Source: a virus
Lineage: Duplodnaviria > Caudoviricetes
DNA: 35,115 bases
Strand: one strand, 5' to 3'
Virus record (IMG/VR): IMGVR_UViG_3300046057_000054
Location: 1 to 35,115 of that record
Under the pieces are notes generated by a model. The model searched no databases. It was not told where the DNA came from and saw only the letters and a program-made list of their open reading frames with translations. Below are positions 34,873-35,115 of the stretch, one piece after another. A program made the translations under genes and the position numbers. Numbering within the stretch: position 1 is the first letter of the stretch; every line of letters starts with the position of its first letter.

Positions 34873-34914
34873 GTTTGTTGCAATTCCCGCGGCGATTTTT
34901 TGCAGTCTGGTACA
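34873..34914 (-). repeat. Right end (attR) with putative transposase-binding sites
   Basis: Reverse complement is TGTACCAGACTGCAAAAAATCGCCGCGGGAATTGCAACAAAC. Confidence 0.8.
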
Positions 34915-35048
34915 CTGCCGCGCGGGCCCTTTCTTGTCCCCCAGCGGTCTGCAATCACCGGCCCGGCCTCGACGCCACTGACGATGGCCGAACGACGTTC
35001 CCCCCTTCAACTCGCCACTTTCGACCCGACCCCCGCAACCGCCCCGCT

Positions 35049-35115
35049 ATGCTGTCCAATTTCATCCCGCTCTTCATCATGATGGTGATGGCCACGGGGC
35101 TGGCGCTGACGCTGC
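35049..35115 (+). CDS. nuoA: Host NADH-quinone oxidoreductase subunit A, 5' fragment
   Basis: MLSNFIPLFIMMVMATGLALTL resembles the first TM helix of NuoA; only 22 codons are visible. Confidence 0.55.
   Translation, partial: MLSNFIPLFIMMVMATGLALTL

Larger units (their letters stand above)
56..34914. mobile_element. Mu-like transposable prophage (siphovirus-type tail)
   Basis: Carries a DDE transposase, AAA ATPase, Gam, GemA-like, gp29-like portal, gp36/gp37-like, I-like protease and gpG-like genes. TGT...ACA termini lie 28 nt outside an inverted GAATTGCAACAAAC at both ends. Confidence 0.9.

Noticed and set aside
29192-34914. Invertible tail segment, diversity-generating retroelement or mom
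   Set aside because: No invertase, reverse transcriptase, template/variable repeat pair or Mom-like ORF was recognised.

Overview
The window holds an apparently complete ~34.9 kb Mu-like transposable prophage (about 56..34914), with TGT...ACA ends and a 14-bp subterminal inverted repeat. It sits about 134 bp upstream of a probable host nuoA. High GC, acidic proteins and SD-less pyrimidine-rich leaders suggest a halophilic Rhodothermota/Salinibacter-like host (inference). A central cI/cro switch drives a leftward early arm: regulators, DDE transposase, AAA ATPase, Gam, exonuclease, HNH and a DUF6884-like protein, ending in a MuF protein fused to a PD-(D/E)xK domain plus a small coupled ORF. 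Two moron genes follow cI. A leftward packaging block (TerS, TerL, portal, M15 peptidase, gpG-like) diverges from a rightward head/tail block of siphovirus type, with no sheath, invertase or mom recognised. The most notable observations are: a displaced MuF toxin-immunity pair; REP-like hairpins at gene boundaries that bracket cassette-like genes; a stand-alone MuA C-terminal-domain mini-protein; a possible 3-bp target duplication; twin palindromes at the late divergence; a shared leader before the scaffold, capsid and tail-tube genes; and a tail protein with a glycosidase-like domain and a split FN3 domain. All family assignments come from motif recognition by eye, not from database searches.
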